DNA from: Patescibacteria group bacterium | GTDB lineage: Bacteria > Patescibacteriota > Minisyncoccia > Phycocordibacterales > UBA9973 | Length of the DNA stretch: 60,894 nt | Direction of reading: 5' to 3' | NCBI GenBank assembly: GCA_030916965.1 | Contig: JAUPVQ010000030.1 | Coordinates: forward strand, 1-60,894 | Shown here: piece by piece, positions 37,104 through 47,100 of the stretch | Layout: each line of letters opens with the position of its first letter | How positions within the stretch are numbered: position 1 is the first letter of the stretch | Made by a program: the position numbers and the translations under genes | Notes under the pieces: model-generated | Seen by the model: only the letters and a program-made list of their open reading frames with translations | Databases searched by the model: none | What the model was told of the DNA's origin: nothing

Positions 37104-38366
37104 ATGTTAGATATTAAATTCATCAGAGAAAATAAGGATGTAGTTGCCGAGGGTGCTAAAAAGAAGCATATTGAGGTGGATATTGACGCGCTTATTGCAA
37201 TAGACGACAAACGATTAGAAATGCTTGCCGTTGTAGAGAATTTGCGTTTCGAGCAAAAGAAAATGAATTTCACTATTAGTACAGAGAAGGATGAGGCGGT
37301 AAGAAACCAGATTATAGAGGAAATGCGTTTAATCAAAGATGATCTAAAAGAAAAAGAAGAAGCCCTTCGAAATGTGATGATAGAGTGGCAGTCCCTAATG
37401 CTTAAAATTCCAAATGTCCCAGACCCAAGTGCCCCAGAAGGACTTTCGGAAGACGACAATGTTGTGATTAGTACATGGGGAGATAAACCAATTTTTGACT
37501 TCGAACCGAAGGATCATATGGAAATAATGACCAAGCTCGGCATGCTCGATGTAGAGCGTGGTACGAAAGTCCATGGGTTCCGTGGATATTTCCTTATGGG
37601 TGAGGGAGTGAAATTGTGTTTTGCTATTTGGAATTATGCTCTGGAATTCTGGGGTGAAAAAGGTTTTAACCCGATTATTCCACCAATTAATACTAGACGG
37701 GAAGCACTTCTTGGTTGTGGATTTATACCACAAGGCGAAGCTGACATTTACAAAGCTCAAGATGATACATATTTCGTAGGAACATCGGAGGTGCCACTGA
37801 TGGGTATGTATATGGATGAGGTAATAGATAAGAAAAATTTACCAATCAAGATGCTTGGGTTCTCGCCATGCTTCAGACTCGAAGCAGGTAGCCATGCAAA
37901 AGATGTCAAAGGCTTGATCCGCGTGCATGAGTTCTACAAATTTGAGCAAGTAATACTATGCGAAGGCAATCATGCTGAGTCTGTGAAGTACCACAATGAA
38001 GTCCAGAAAAATACAGAGGAATTTATCCAATCACTCGGTATACCATACGAAGTTGTAGATGCCTGCACAGGAGATATGGGTTTCGGTAAGGTAAAGATGT
38101 TTGATACAAATTTGTGGGTACCAAAAGAGGAGAAGTATCGCGAGATATCTTCGGCTTCATACTTCCATGATTTCCAAACACGACGACTTGGTATCCGCTA
38201 CAAAGATGATGAGGGCAAGATGCACTATACTCACTCACTAAACTGTACTGCTATCCCAACACCTCGAATTCTTGTCTCCATGATAGAAAATTTCCAACAA
38301 GCTGATGGAAGTATAAAAATTCCACAAGTGCTACAAAAATATTTTGGTAAAGATATAATTAAATAA
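37104..38366 (+). CDS. serS: Seryl-tRNA synthetase
   Basis: N-terminal coiled-coil arm followed by class II motifs (FRGYFLMG, SPCFRLEAGS, GLIRVHEF, TAIPTPR). Confidence 0.9.
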   Translation: MLDIKFIRENKDVVAEGAKKKHIEVDIDALIAIDDKRLEMLAVVENLRFEQKKMNFTISTEKDEAVRNQIIEEMRLIKDDLKEKEEALRNVMIEWQSLMLKIPNVPDPSAPEGLSEDDNVVISTWGDKPIFDFEPKDHMEIMTKLGMLDVERGTKVHGFRGYFLMGEGVKLCFAIWNYALEFWGEKGFNPIIPPINTRREALLGCGFIPQGEADIYKAQDDTYFVGTSEVPLMGMYMDEVIDKKNLPIKMLGFSPCFRLEAGSHAKDVKGLIRVHEFYKFEQVILCEGNHAESVKYHNEVQKNTEEFIQSLGIPYEVVDACTGDMGFGKVKMFDTNLWVPKEEKYREISSASYFHDFQTRRLGIRYKDDEGKMHYTHSLNCTAIPTPRILVSMIENFQQADGSIKIPQVLQKYFGKDIIK

Positions 38367-38373
38367 TAATATT

Positions 38374-39249
38374 ATGTATAAAGATAAGCGTGGCATCACT
38401 ACATCGCCAAAGATAGTCGAGATGGCTCACAAGCGTAAAAAGCGCAACATTCGTTTAAGCATACTTTTTTTTATTTTATTTATTTCTATAATCGCTGGAT
38501 TGTCCTATCTCTCAAATTACAACAAGATTGTTATTAAGAATGTAGTAGTAAATGGTACACATATAATAGACAATAATGAAGTAGATAGGAGGATTAAAGA
38601 GGATTTGGCAGGGAAGTATATTTATTTATTTGCGAAGAATAATTCTTTTATTTACCCTAAAACATTCTTAGAAAAAGATTTAAAGATTACCTTTCCAAGA
38701 ATTGAGACTCTAGAAATCAAATTAGATGGCTTGAACACATTGATTGTAAACATTGGCGAACGTACAGGATCATATATGTATTGTGGGGCAGATCTGCCTG
38801 AAAAAAACGAGGATGTCGGGGAGAATTGTTATTTTATCAATTCAGATGGATATATTTTTGACATTGCACCGTATTTTTCAGGGAATATTTATTTTAAATT
38901 TTATATACCACTTGATGCAAATGCAGAAATTCTTGGCCAAAATGTAATGGATAAAGAAAATTTTCATCAGATTATTTCATTTATGGATGGCTTGATAGAG
39001 CTTGGTCTCGACCCTGTATCGGTTACGATGGCAAATGAGGAGAGTTATGCATTTCATCTAAAGGCTCGATCGGACGGCACTGAGCCAAAAGTTTTATTTA
39101 AAAAAGAAAATGAATTATCAACTATATTCAATAATTTAGCTTCAGCAATGAAGAAGCAAGAATTCAAAGATGAAATTATGACTAAACTTGATAAATTGTT
39201 GTATATTGATTTGCGCTTTAGTAATAAAGTTTTATATAAATTTCAATAA
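38374..39249 (+). CDS. FtsQ/DivIB-like cell division protein (TM + POTRA-like)
   Basis: Basic N-terminus, a single TM helix (LSILFFILFISIIAGLSYL), then IVIKNVVVNGTHIIDNNEV, which is typical of a POTRA start. Confidence 0.45.
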   Translation: MYKDKRGITTSPKIVEMAHKRKKRNIRLSILFFILFISIIAGLSYLSNYNKIVIKNVVVNGTHIIDNNEVDRRIKEDLAGKYIYLFAKNNSFIYPKTFLEKDLKITFPRIETLEIKLDGLNTLIVNIGERTGSYMYCGADLPEKNEDVGENCYFINSDGYIFDIAPYFSGNIYFKFYIPLDANAEILGQNVMDKENFHQIISFMDGLIELGLDPVSVTMANEESYAFHLKARSDGTEPKVLFKKENELSTIFNNLASAMKKQEFKDEIMTKLDKLLYIDLRFSNKVLYKFQ

Positions 39250-39252
39250 CAC

Positions 39253-40335
39253 ATGAATAACTTCTGGGAAAAATTGCCAAAGCCTTTCTTTGTACTCGCG
39301 CCAATGGCCGATGTTACGGACCCTGCTTTTCGCCGGATTATTGCACAATGTTCTCGTCATGGAGAGCCCGGTGGGGGCCCTGATGTCTTCTGGACAGAAT
39401 TCGTATCGGCAGATGGACTTGCAAGTGCAGGACGGGAAGTACTCAAAAGGGATCTAGAATATACTCCCGGTGAGCACCCAATTGTGGCGCAACTTTTCTC
39501 TTCGCATCCGGAGCAAATGCATATAGCATCCAAGCTTTGCGCGGAATTAGGATTCGATGGTGTTGATATCAACATGGGTTGTCCGGATAAAAGTATAGAG
39601 AAGCAGGGCGCAGGAGCTGCAATGATAAAGACTCCTGATATTTCAGCCTTGATTATTCAAGCTGCAAAAGATGGAATCAAAGATGCGGGGAAGGATATTC
39701 CAGTCTCTGTTAAAACTCGCGTTGGGTATAACAAAATCGAAATTGAAAGTTGGATACCACATCTACTGTCGCAAGATATTGCGACTCTTACTGTGCATGC
39801 TCGTACTCGCAAAGAAATGTCGTCTGTACCGGCACGCTGGGAGCATGTGAAAGAGGTTGTAAAAATTCGCGACAAAATGGGTGTGAAGACAAAAATTATC
39901 GGTAATGGTGATGTGGTAGATATTGCGCATGGATATGAACTTGCAAAACAAACGGGTTGCGACGGCATTATGATTGGCCGTGCAGTATTTGGTAATCCAT
40001 GGATCTTTGATCACAACAGGGTAATAGTAAAACGCCCAAAGAAAATGAATGTACTACTAGCAAAAATTCTGCCGAGAAAATGGATGAAGAAGTGGCAGGG
40101 CACTGACCGCTACACAATCTCTGAAGTTCCAATAAAAGAAAAATTGCAAACATTAGTAGAGCATACAAAACTGTATGAGGAACTCCTTGGTGATATAAAA
40201 AGCTTCTCAATTATGAAAAAGCACTACAAAGCGTATGTGAATGGATTCCCGGGTGCCAAAGAATTGAGAGTAAAATTGATGGAAACAAATAGAGCCCTAG
40301 AAGTAGAAAATATAATAAATGAGTTTTTAAAGTAA
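39253..40335 (+). CDS. dus: tRNA-dihydrouridine synthase
   Basis: LAPMADVTDPAFRRI, DINMGCP, SVKTRVG, HARTR and GNGD blocks. Confidence 0.85.
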   Translation: MNNFWEKLPKPFFVLAPMADVTDPAFRRIIAQCSRHGEPGGGPDVFWTEFVSADGLASAGREVLKRDLEYTPGEHPIVAQLFSSHPEQMHIASKLCAELGFDGVDINMGCPDKSIEKQGAGAAMIKTPDISALIIQAAKDGIKDAGKDIPVSVKTRVGYNKIEIESWIPHLLSQDIATLTVHARTRKEMSSVPARWEHVKEVVKIRDKMGVKTKIIGNGDVVDIAHGYELAKQTGCDGIMIGRAVFGNPWIFDHNRVIVKRPKKMNVLLAKILPRKWMKKWQGTDRYTISEVPIKEKLQTLVEHTKLYEELLGDIKSFSIMKKHYKAYVNGFPGAKELRVKLMETNRALEVENIINEFLK

Positions 40336-40364
40336 CCCAAATATATTAAAATTATAACAACTTA

Positions 40365-40393
40365 CATTTAACAGACGGCCGTCCCTTAAATGG
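40365..40393. repeat. 28/29-bp near-palindrome, left copy of an inverted pair
   Basis: CATTTAACAGACGGCCGTCCCTTAAATGG. It matches the reverse complement of the 41013-41041 copy with 1 mismatch over 28 bp. Confidence 0.9.
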
Positions 40394-40424
40394 AAGTATT
40401 AATAAATTGTAGTATAATAGAAAT

Positions 40425-40997
40425 ATGTCTCCAAAATATTATAATGGTTATAGGGTAGGTTCTATTGAGAAAGAAATCTTGAAGACTCTTTTGGGTGTTA
40501 GTAAAATCCAATTTGCTAATAAAAAGTTATATGACGAAACTTGGTCTGAAATTTTTGAAACTGCTCGACAGAAATCCGAAATGCCAATAATTTTTGATCG
40601 TTTAAAAGAAAAAGGACTTATAAGATTTATAAATAAAAATGGTATGGTTGTTGCAAAGCTCACCGAAAATGGCAAACAATATTTGAAGGAAAATATATTT
40701 AATATAAATAATAAAACAATTATAAATAAAGTTTGGGATGGTAAGTGGCATATTGTGATTTTTGATATTCCTGAAGTTAAAAGAAAAACAAGGAATACAC
40801 TCCGTTTTCATTTAAAGAAAATTGGTTTTATTCAGGTGCAAGGCAGTGTTTGGGTCTATCCTTATGAATGTAATGAATTGGTCACACTGATAAAATCAAA
40901 TTTTAAACTCAACTATGAAGTAATGTATATTATTGCTGATTCAATTGAAGGGGAAAATAGGTTTATGAAAGCTTTTAAAATTTCTAGAAATAAATAA
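40425..40997 (+). CDS. wHTH + Cas2-fold/PaaX-type C-terminal domain protein (PaaX-like putative regulator)
   Basis: The N-terminal wHTH is RLKEKGLIRFINKNGMVVAKLTENG. The C-terminal WDGKWHIVIFDIPEVKRKTRNTLRFHLKKIGFIQVQGSVWVYP matches the PaaX/Cas2 beta-alpha-beta pattern. TATAAT lies 6 nt upstream of the ATG. Confidence 0.55.
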   Translation: MSPKYYNGYRVGSIEKEILKTLLGVSKIQFANKKLYDETWSEIFETARQKSEMPIIFDRLKEKGLIRFINKNGMVVAKLTENGKQYLKENIFNINNKTIINKVWDGKWHIVIFDIPEVKRKTRNTLRFHLKKIGFIQVQGSVWVYPYECNELVTLIKSNFKLNYEVMYIIADSIEGENRFMKAFKISRNK

Positions 40998-41012
40998 GAT
41001 ATTTGTAATTTG

Positions 41013-41041
41013 CATTTAAGAGACGGCCGTCTGTTAAATGG
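41013..41041. repeat. 28/29-bp near-palindrome, right copy of the inverted pair
   Basis: CATTTAAGAGACGGCCGTCTGTTAAATGG. The inner 24 bp (TTTAACAGACGGCCGTCTGTTAAA) form a palindrome except for one position. Confidence 0.9.
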
Positions 41042-41074
41042 AAAAAGTTTGTTATATAGCGATTAGGTAAATAA

Positions 41075-41103
41075 CAAAAACTCGATCCTATACAGAATCG
41101 AGT
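41075..41103 (-). terminator. Intrinsic terminator for the minus-strand orphan gene
   Basis: On the minus strand the sequence reads ACTCGAT-TCTGTATAGG-ATCGAGT followed by TTTTTGTT. Confidence 0.55.
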
Positions 41104-41138
41104 CATTGATATTTTTTAAAAAAGAATTTTAAATGAAT

Positions 41139-41618
41139 TTAACTTGCTACAGATTTACCTTTGGCTTTGAATACTTCTTCAAAATTTTCAGGTAGTTCAG
41201 CTGTTAGAATCCAGTTTGAACATAACTCTAAAACTTCATTTGAAAAGAGTTTTTCCATATTTGTGTCTGCTGAAAAATAATCGTCTCCATTAATGAAATC
41301 AACTGAAAAACCTGATGTATTGTAATACTCAAAATCAATTTTAATCACATGATTTACTTTACCAATTTTGAAAGAATACCCGTATCGTTCACCTTCCATT
41401 GAATTAGTTTTTTCCTTTTCTGTTATTTCTCCGTAGTTACTAAATAAATTCGATACATTTACGGTTAATTTATTGTCATGTTTGCCTATTTGAACTTGAA
41501 TAAATTGATCTAACCCTTTTTTGAATTCAGAGGCGAAGGATGAAAGGAAGTTGTACCAAGTGTTTGGTAAATGGAACTCCAAAACTTCATTTTTAGTTAA
41601 TGCGTTTAATTTTTTCAT
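41139..41618 (-). CDS. Orphan hypothetical protein
   Basis: 159-aa ORF with a terminator downstream. No family was recognised. Confidence 0.5.
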   Translation of the reverse strand: MKKLNALTKNEVLEFHLPNTWYNFLSSFASEFKKGLDQFIQVQIGKHDNKLTVNVSNLFSNYGEITEKEKTNSMEGERYGYSFKIGKVNHVIKIDFEYYNTSGFSVDFINGDDYFSADTNMEKLFSNEVLELCSNWILTAELPENFEEVFKAKGKSVAS

Positions 41619-41718
41619 ATTATTTAAATATTTAGTTGTTTTTTATTAATTTACTATATATATAGATTTGTGTCAAGATTTGGTTTTGTTTGGGAAAATG
41701 CACATTGTGGATAAGTTT

Positions 41719-41888
41719 TTGGAGAATTTGAGGGTTGTGCTATAATAACCCTTAATGTATACAGAAATGCAAAAACCAACATATCATACTCAAAAGCAGG
41801 TTTTTTGTTTTTCAAAAATTAAATATTTCACCAGTTTTATTAATTCTATTCAGTCCCTATCATGGGGCTTTTATTTTAGTTAAAATAT
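41719..41888 (+). promoter_or_regulatory. pyr operon promoter and leader, with a 42-codon leader ORF and terminator-like hairpins
   Basis: The promoter is TTGGAG-N16-TATAAT with a TGc extension; the -10 box is at 41741-41746. An ATG at 41755 opens a 42-codon ORF that ends at 41883. Within it lie a U-rich tract (GGTTTTTTGTTTTT) and the hairpin AGTCCC-TATCAT-GGGGCT followed by TTTTATTTT at 41852-41877. Confidence 0.35.
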
Positions 41889-43121
41889 ATGACAACTATT
41901 GAAGGAATCATTGTAAATACAGAGGGGCAAAATCGAAGACGGATCGAGATTGATGATTCCGGAATTATCACAAAAGTTGCTGAACCGACTGGCGTTGCTG
42001 ATGTTGTATTTAAAGATGAATTAATTTTCCCTGGGTTTATTGATCTCCATGTCCATGCTCGTGAAGATCAGAGTGGTACACAAATATATAAAGAAGATTT
42101 TGTAACTGCGGGCGAGGCTGCGATAAATGGCGGAGTGGTAGCATTTGCTGAAATGCCAAATAATCCGGTGCCTCCAGTTGATGATGAGAGCTACAATATA
42201 AAAAAGGAACTTACAAAAAAATCTGATGTAGAAATAATACTTTATGCTGGTATAGGACAGCAAACAAATCCACTTGCACAAAATGTGCCATACAAAGTTT
42301 TTATGGGGCAATCGATAGGAGATTTGTTCTTCGCAACGCGCGAAGATTTGGAAAATGCTTTAGCAAAATACGAAGGTAAAAATATAAGTTTTCATTGTGA
42401 AGACCCAGCGACTCTCAATGAATGTTGTGATAGAGATACACACGAACACAAGCGCCCACCTGAGGCCGAGATTTTGGCTGTAGATTTCGCACTTGAATTG
42501 ATAGAGAAATATAATTTGAAAGGCCGAATTTGTCACTGCTCTACAAAGGAAGGCGTAGAGATGATTATTGATGCAAAAAAAAGAGGGGTAAATGTAACTG
42601 TAGAAGTGACTCCGCACCATTTGTATTTCGACGAGAGTATGTTTACAGAAAGTAATCACACATTGTTCCAAGTGAATCCACCTATAAGGCAGACAATAGA
42701 GAATAGATTGTACTTGATCCAAGCACTAAAGAATGGAGATATAGATCAGCTGGGTACAGACCATGCACCGCATACGCGAGATGAGAAAGAGAAAGGGATA
42801 TCGGGGCTCACACATCTGGATACTTATGGGAACATAGTGGCGTGGCTAATTAAAGAACATAATTTTACCCCACAAGAAATCACTCGAGTATGCTCGGAGA
42901 ATCCAGCCAAATTTATAAATGAATGCACGACGAATAAATATGGAAGGATCGAAGAAGGATTTGTAGGATCGCTCACAGTGATAGATATGAATAAAAAGAT
43001 CCTGATAGAGAGTGCGAATTTGAAAACAAAATGTAAATGGTCGCCGTTCCTAGGAGTAGAATTCCCAGGGAGTGTGGTAGCAACAATAATCAAAGGTATC
43101 CCGTATCAAAGCAAAGCTTGA
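41889..43121 (+). CDS. pyrC: Dihydroorotase
   Basis: PGFIDLHVHARED, FHCED, VTPHHL and GTDHAPH blocks of the amidohydrolase/DHOase family, at the head of the pyr operon. Confidence 0.85.
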   Translation: MTTIEGIIVNTEGQNRRRIEIDDSGIITKVAEPTGVADVVFKDELIFPGFIDLHVHAREDQSGTQIYKEDFVTAGEAAINGGVVAFAEMPNNPVPPVDDESYNIKKELTKKSDVEIILYAGIGQQTNPLAQNVPYKVFMGQSIGDLFFATREDLENALAKYEGKNISFHCEDPATLNECCDRDTHEHKRPPEAEILAVDFALELIEKYNLKGRICHCSTKEGVEMIIDAKKRGVNVTVEVTPHHLYFDESMFTESNHTLFQVNPPIRQTIENRLYLIQALKNGDIDQLGTDHAPHTRDEKEKGISGLTHLDTYGNIVAWLIKEHNFTPQEITRVCSENPAKFINECTTNKYGRIEEGFVGSLTVIDMNKKILIESANLKTKCKWSPFLGVEFPGSVVATIIKGIPYQSKA

Positions 43122-43138
43122 TACCGGACAAGAAATAT

Positions 43139-44191
43139 ATGAAAAATAAAAAAAATAAATTACAATTTAAAGATGGAAGTGTGTACGAGGGAGTAAGCTT
43201 CGGCGCGGAACAATCTGTATCTGGTGAAGTGGTCTTTGCAACAGGAATGGTAGGATATCCTGAGGCAATTACTGATCCTTCTTTTGCTGGGCAAATACTT
43301 GTGATGACGTATCCTTTGATTGGCAACTACGGTGTGCCCGATAAAAGTAAATGGGAATCTGAGAAAATCCAAATTACAGGGTTGATAGTATCGACTTACA
43401 ACGAGACTCCATCGCATTCAACATCAAAGATGTCTCTAGCAGCGTGGCTTAAATCCGAAAATATTCCGGCACTCGAGATCAAGGACACTCGCGCTCTAAC
43501 ACAAAAGCTCCGCATGGAGGGCTCTAAATTGGGAAAAATTGTTTTTAATAATAAGAAAATTAATTTTGAGGATCCAAACGAGCGTAATCTAGCAGCCGAA
43601 GTAAGTACAAAGACTATAAAAACTTACAATATAAAAGGCAAAAAGACTGTTGTAGTTATAGATTGTGGTAATAAAGAAAATATAATCAAGAGGCTAGTGG
43701 CTCGCAATATGAAAGTCGTGGTTGTGCCTTGGGATACAGATGTAATGAATCTCGATATTAAGTTCGATGCTGTGCTTATATCCAATGGTCCTGGCGATCC
43801 ACAAAAAGTACAAGCAACTATTAAAAATGTGAAGAAAATTATAGCTAAAAAAATTCCAACATTTGGAATTTGTTTGGGTAATCAAATCCTCACTTTGGCA
43901 TGTGGTGGTACAACATACAAAATGAAATTCGGTCACCGTAGTCAAAATCAACCAGTAGTACTTGCGGGGACGAATAGTTGCTACCTGACAACACAAAATC
44001 ATGGTTTTGCTGTAAAAAAGATTCCCAAAGATTTCAAAGTCTGGTTTACAAATGCCAATGACAATACAAATGAAGGTATTATCCACAAAACTCTACCAAT
44101 AATGAGTGTACAATTCCACCCTGAGGCAACTCCCGGACCCAACGACACTGACTGGATTTTTGATTACTTCTTTAAAATAGCCAAAATATAA
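43139..44191 (+). CDS. carA: Carbamoyl-phosphate synthase small (glutaminase) subunit
   Basis: The start is set at MKNKKNKLQFKDGSVYEG (43139), because the tracked start overlaps pyrC. FATGMVGYPEAITDPSF, GICLGNQ and FHPEA are present. Confidence 0.9.
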   Translation: MKNKKNKLQFKDGSVYEGVSFGAEQSVSGEVVFATGMVGYPEAITDPSFAGQILVMTYPLIGNYGVPDKSKWESEKIQITGLIVSTYNETPSHSTSKMSLAAWLKSENIPALEIKDTRALTQKLRMEGSKLGKIVFNNKKINFEDPNERNLAAEVSTKTIKTYNIKGKKTVVVIDCGNKENIIKRLVARNMKVVVVPWDTDVMNLDIKFDAVLISNGPGDPQKVQATIKNVKKIIAKKIPTFGICLGNQILTLACGGTTYKMKFGHRSQNQPVVLAGTNSCYLTTQNHGFAVKKIPKDFKVWFTNANDNTNEGIIHKTLPIMSVQFHPEATPGPNDTDWIFDYFFKIAKI

Positions 44192-44192
44192 T

Positions 44193-47100
44193 ATGAAAAA
44201 TAAAACATACAAAAAAATATTGGTTTTGGGATCTGGTGCGCTCAAGATTGGCGAAGCCGGAGAATTTGATTACTCAGGATCGCAGGCTATCAAAGCCCTC
44301 AAAGAGGAAAAAATTCGAGTTATACTTATCAATCCAAACATTGCGACATATCAAACTTCGAAAGATCTTGCAGACGAAGTTTATTTCCTGCCAGTCAATG
44401 ACTATTTCGTAGAGAAGGTTATTGCAAAGGAGCGCCCAGACGGCATCATGCTTTCTTTTGGTGGACAGACAGCGCTCAATTGTGGACTAATTCTGGAATC
44501 CAAAGGTATTTTGAAAAAATATAAGGTTGATGTACTTGGTAGCCCCGTAGCATCGATTGAGCTTACTGAAGACCGTCAATTGTTTGCTGACCATTTGCGT
44601 AAATTGGGAGTTGCTGTCCCACCATCTGGAACTGCCACCAATTTCAAGGAGGCTGAAAAAATTGCAAATCATATTGGATACCCACTTATGGTGCGTGCAG
44701 CATTTGCACTCGGTGGTCAGAAATCGGGAGTAGCATATAACGATACAGAACTCAAAGATATTGTAGAAGGTGCACTTGCAATCTCGAACCAAGTTTTGAT
44801 TGAGAAATATCTGCATCATTTCAAAGAAATCGAATACGAAGTTGTTCGTGATAAATTCGACAATACGATTACAGTTTGTAATATGGAAAATTTCGATCCA
44901 CTTGGAATCCATACAGGGGACTCGATCGTGATTGCACCAAGCCAGACTTTGACCAACGACGAGTATCATGGATTGCGTGATGTAAGTATCAAGATTGTGA
45001 AGAGTTTGAAAATTGTAGGGGAGTGTAATGTGCAATATGCACTCAATCCAAAGCCAAAAGATAATGGTGAGCCAGATTATTATGTGATCGAAGTCAATGC
45101 TCGACTCTCTCGCTCATCAGCACTTGCAAGTAAGGCTACAGGATACCCACTGGCATATGTAGCAGCGAAATTGGCACTCGGCAAGAGCTTGCTCGAAATC
45201 AAAAATAAAATCACTGAAGTGACTCAAAGTTTCTTTGAGCCGGCGCTCGATTATGTGGTGGTCAAGATGCCTCGCTGGGATCTGGTCAAATTCAAAGGAG
45301 CAGAGGAGCAGATTGGTAGTGCGATGAAATCAGTCGGTGAAGTCATGGCGATTGGACGAACATTTGAAGAAGCACTTGGGAAAGCGGTGCGGATGCAGTC
45401 GGGAAATCTAGAGAGTATTACTGACAATGCTTTTAAAGACAAGAATGAGATTACAAAATATCTGAATACTCCGACACCAAACAGACTTTTTGCAGTTGCA
45501 AGCTCAATGCAAAGTGGCATGAGTGTGGAGCAAGTTCATAAAATTACCGGTATTGATAATTGGTTTTTATATCGCCTAGCAAATATTATAAAAACAGAAA
45601 AGCAAATAAGTAAAAATACAAAATTTACTCATGAATTAATGCTGAACTACAAACAAGTTGGATTGTCTGATAAAAAGATTGGCCAACTATGTGGCAAAAC
45701 AGAATTCGAAATCAGAAAAATCCGCAAAAATTTGAAGGTGTTACCAAGTATATTCCAAATCGATACACTAGCTGGGGAAATTCCAGCCAAGACAAATTAC
45801 CTTTATCTGACATATCATGGCTCTCACAACGATGTATTACCACTTGGCGCCAATGCTGTAGCAGTACTTGGCTCAGGCCCCTACCATATTGGATCATCGG
45901 TAGAATTCGACTGGTCTAGTGTGAACGCCGCGCTTGCACTCAAGAAACATAAAAAGCAATCAATCATTGTAAACTGTAATCCGGAAACCGTCTCGACCGA
46001 TTATGATATGTCGGACCGACTATATTTCGAAAATATTTCTTTTGAAACTGTCGCGGATATTTATGAATTTGAGAAGGCACTTGGGTTGATAATCTCTGTT
46101 GGAGGACAGAGGCCAAACAATCTAGCAAATAAATTAGCACGCGAAGGATACAACATATTGGGTACTAGTGCAGAGAATATAGACCGCGCAGAGGACCGCA
46201 ATAAATTCTCGACACTGCTTGATAAACTTGATATCGCGCAACCACATTGGCAGAGCTTTGCTAATAAAGCCGGTGCCGAAAAATTTGCTGATGTTGAGGG
46301 CTATCCTGTATTGGTGCGCCCGTCTTATGTGCTTTCGGGTGCTGCAATGCGTATTTGTTACAACAAATTTGAGCTTGATGACTTCGTATCAAAGGCGGCA
46401 GTTTTATCACCTGAATATCCTGTAACAATTTCGAAGTTCGTAGAGAATGCCAAAGAGCTCGAATTCGATGCAGTGGCGCAAAAAGGGGAACTAATGATAT
46501 ATGGAATATCCGAGCATGTAGAGAATGCAGGTGTGCACTCTGGAGACGCAACGATCGTGTATCCAACACAGCGCGTGTATGCATCAACTGAATTCCAGCT
46601 TCGTGAAATTTCCAAGAAAATTGCAAAGGAATTAAATATAACTGGACCATTCAATATCCAATTCCTTGTGAAAGACAATCGTCCTATGGTGATCGAGGTC
46701 AATGTCCGTGCGTCGCGAACATTTCCATTACTTTCCAAAGCTATGGATGCCAATTTCCCAGAGATGGCTGTGGATGCATTTTTTGGCAAGGCAACAAAAC
46801 ACGAATTTATTTATCCGAATTCTGTGGTGGTCAAATCTTCACAATTCTCCTTCTCAAGATTACTCGGTGCCGATCCAGTATTACGAGTAGAGATGTCTTC
46901 GACTGGAGAGGTGGCATGTTTCGGTAAAGATTACGATGAAGCATTACTCAAATCGGTACTCTCGGCAAACAAATTTGATTTCAATAAAAAGGCTGTACTA
47001 TTCTCGCTTGGAGGACTTGTGAACAAAGCCAAGTTTCTCGAGGGTGCAAGTGCGCTTATAAAATTGGGTTACAAAATTTATGCGACAGATTCTACTGCCG

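Noticed and set aside
37049-37459. 136-aa Ser-rich ORF antisense to the serS start
   Set aside because: The product is low complexity. It overlaps the well-supported serS and the dprA start region.
40365-41041. Possible CRISPR array next to a Cas2-fold gene
   Set aside because: There are only two repeat copies. They are in inverted rather than direct orientation, lie about 620 bp apart, and have a complete gene between them. No other cas genes are present.
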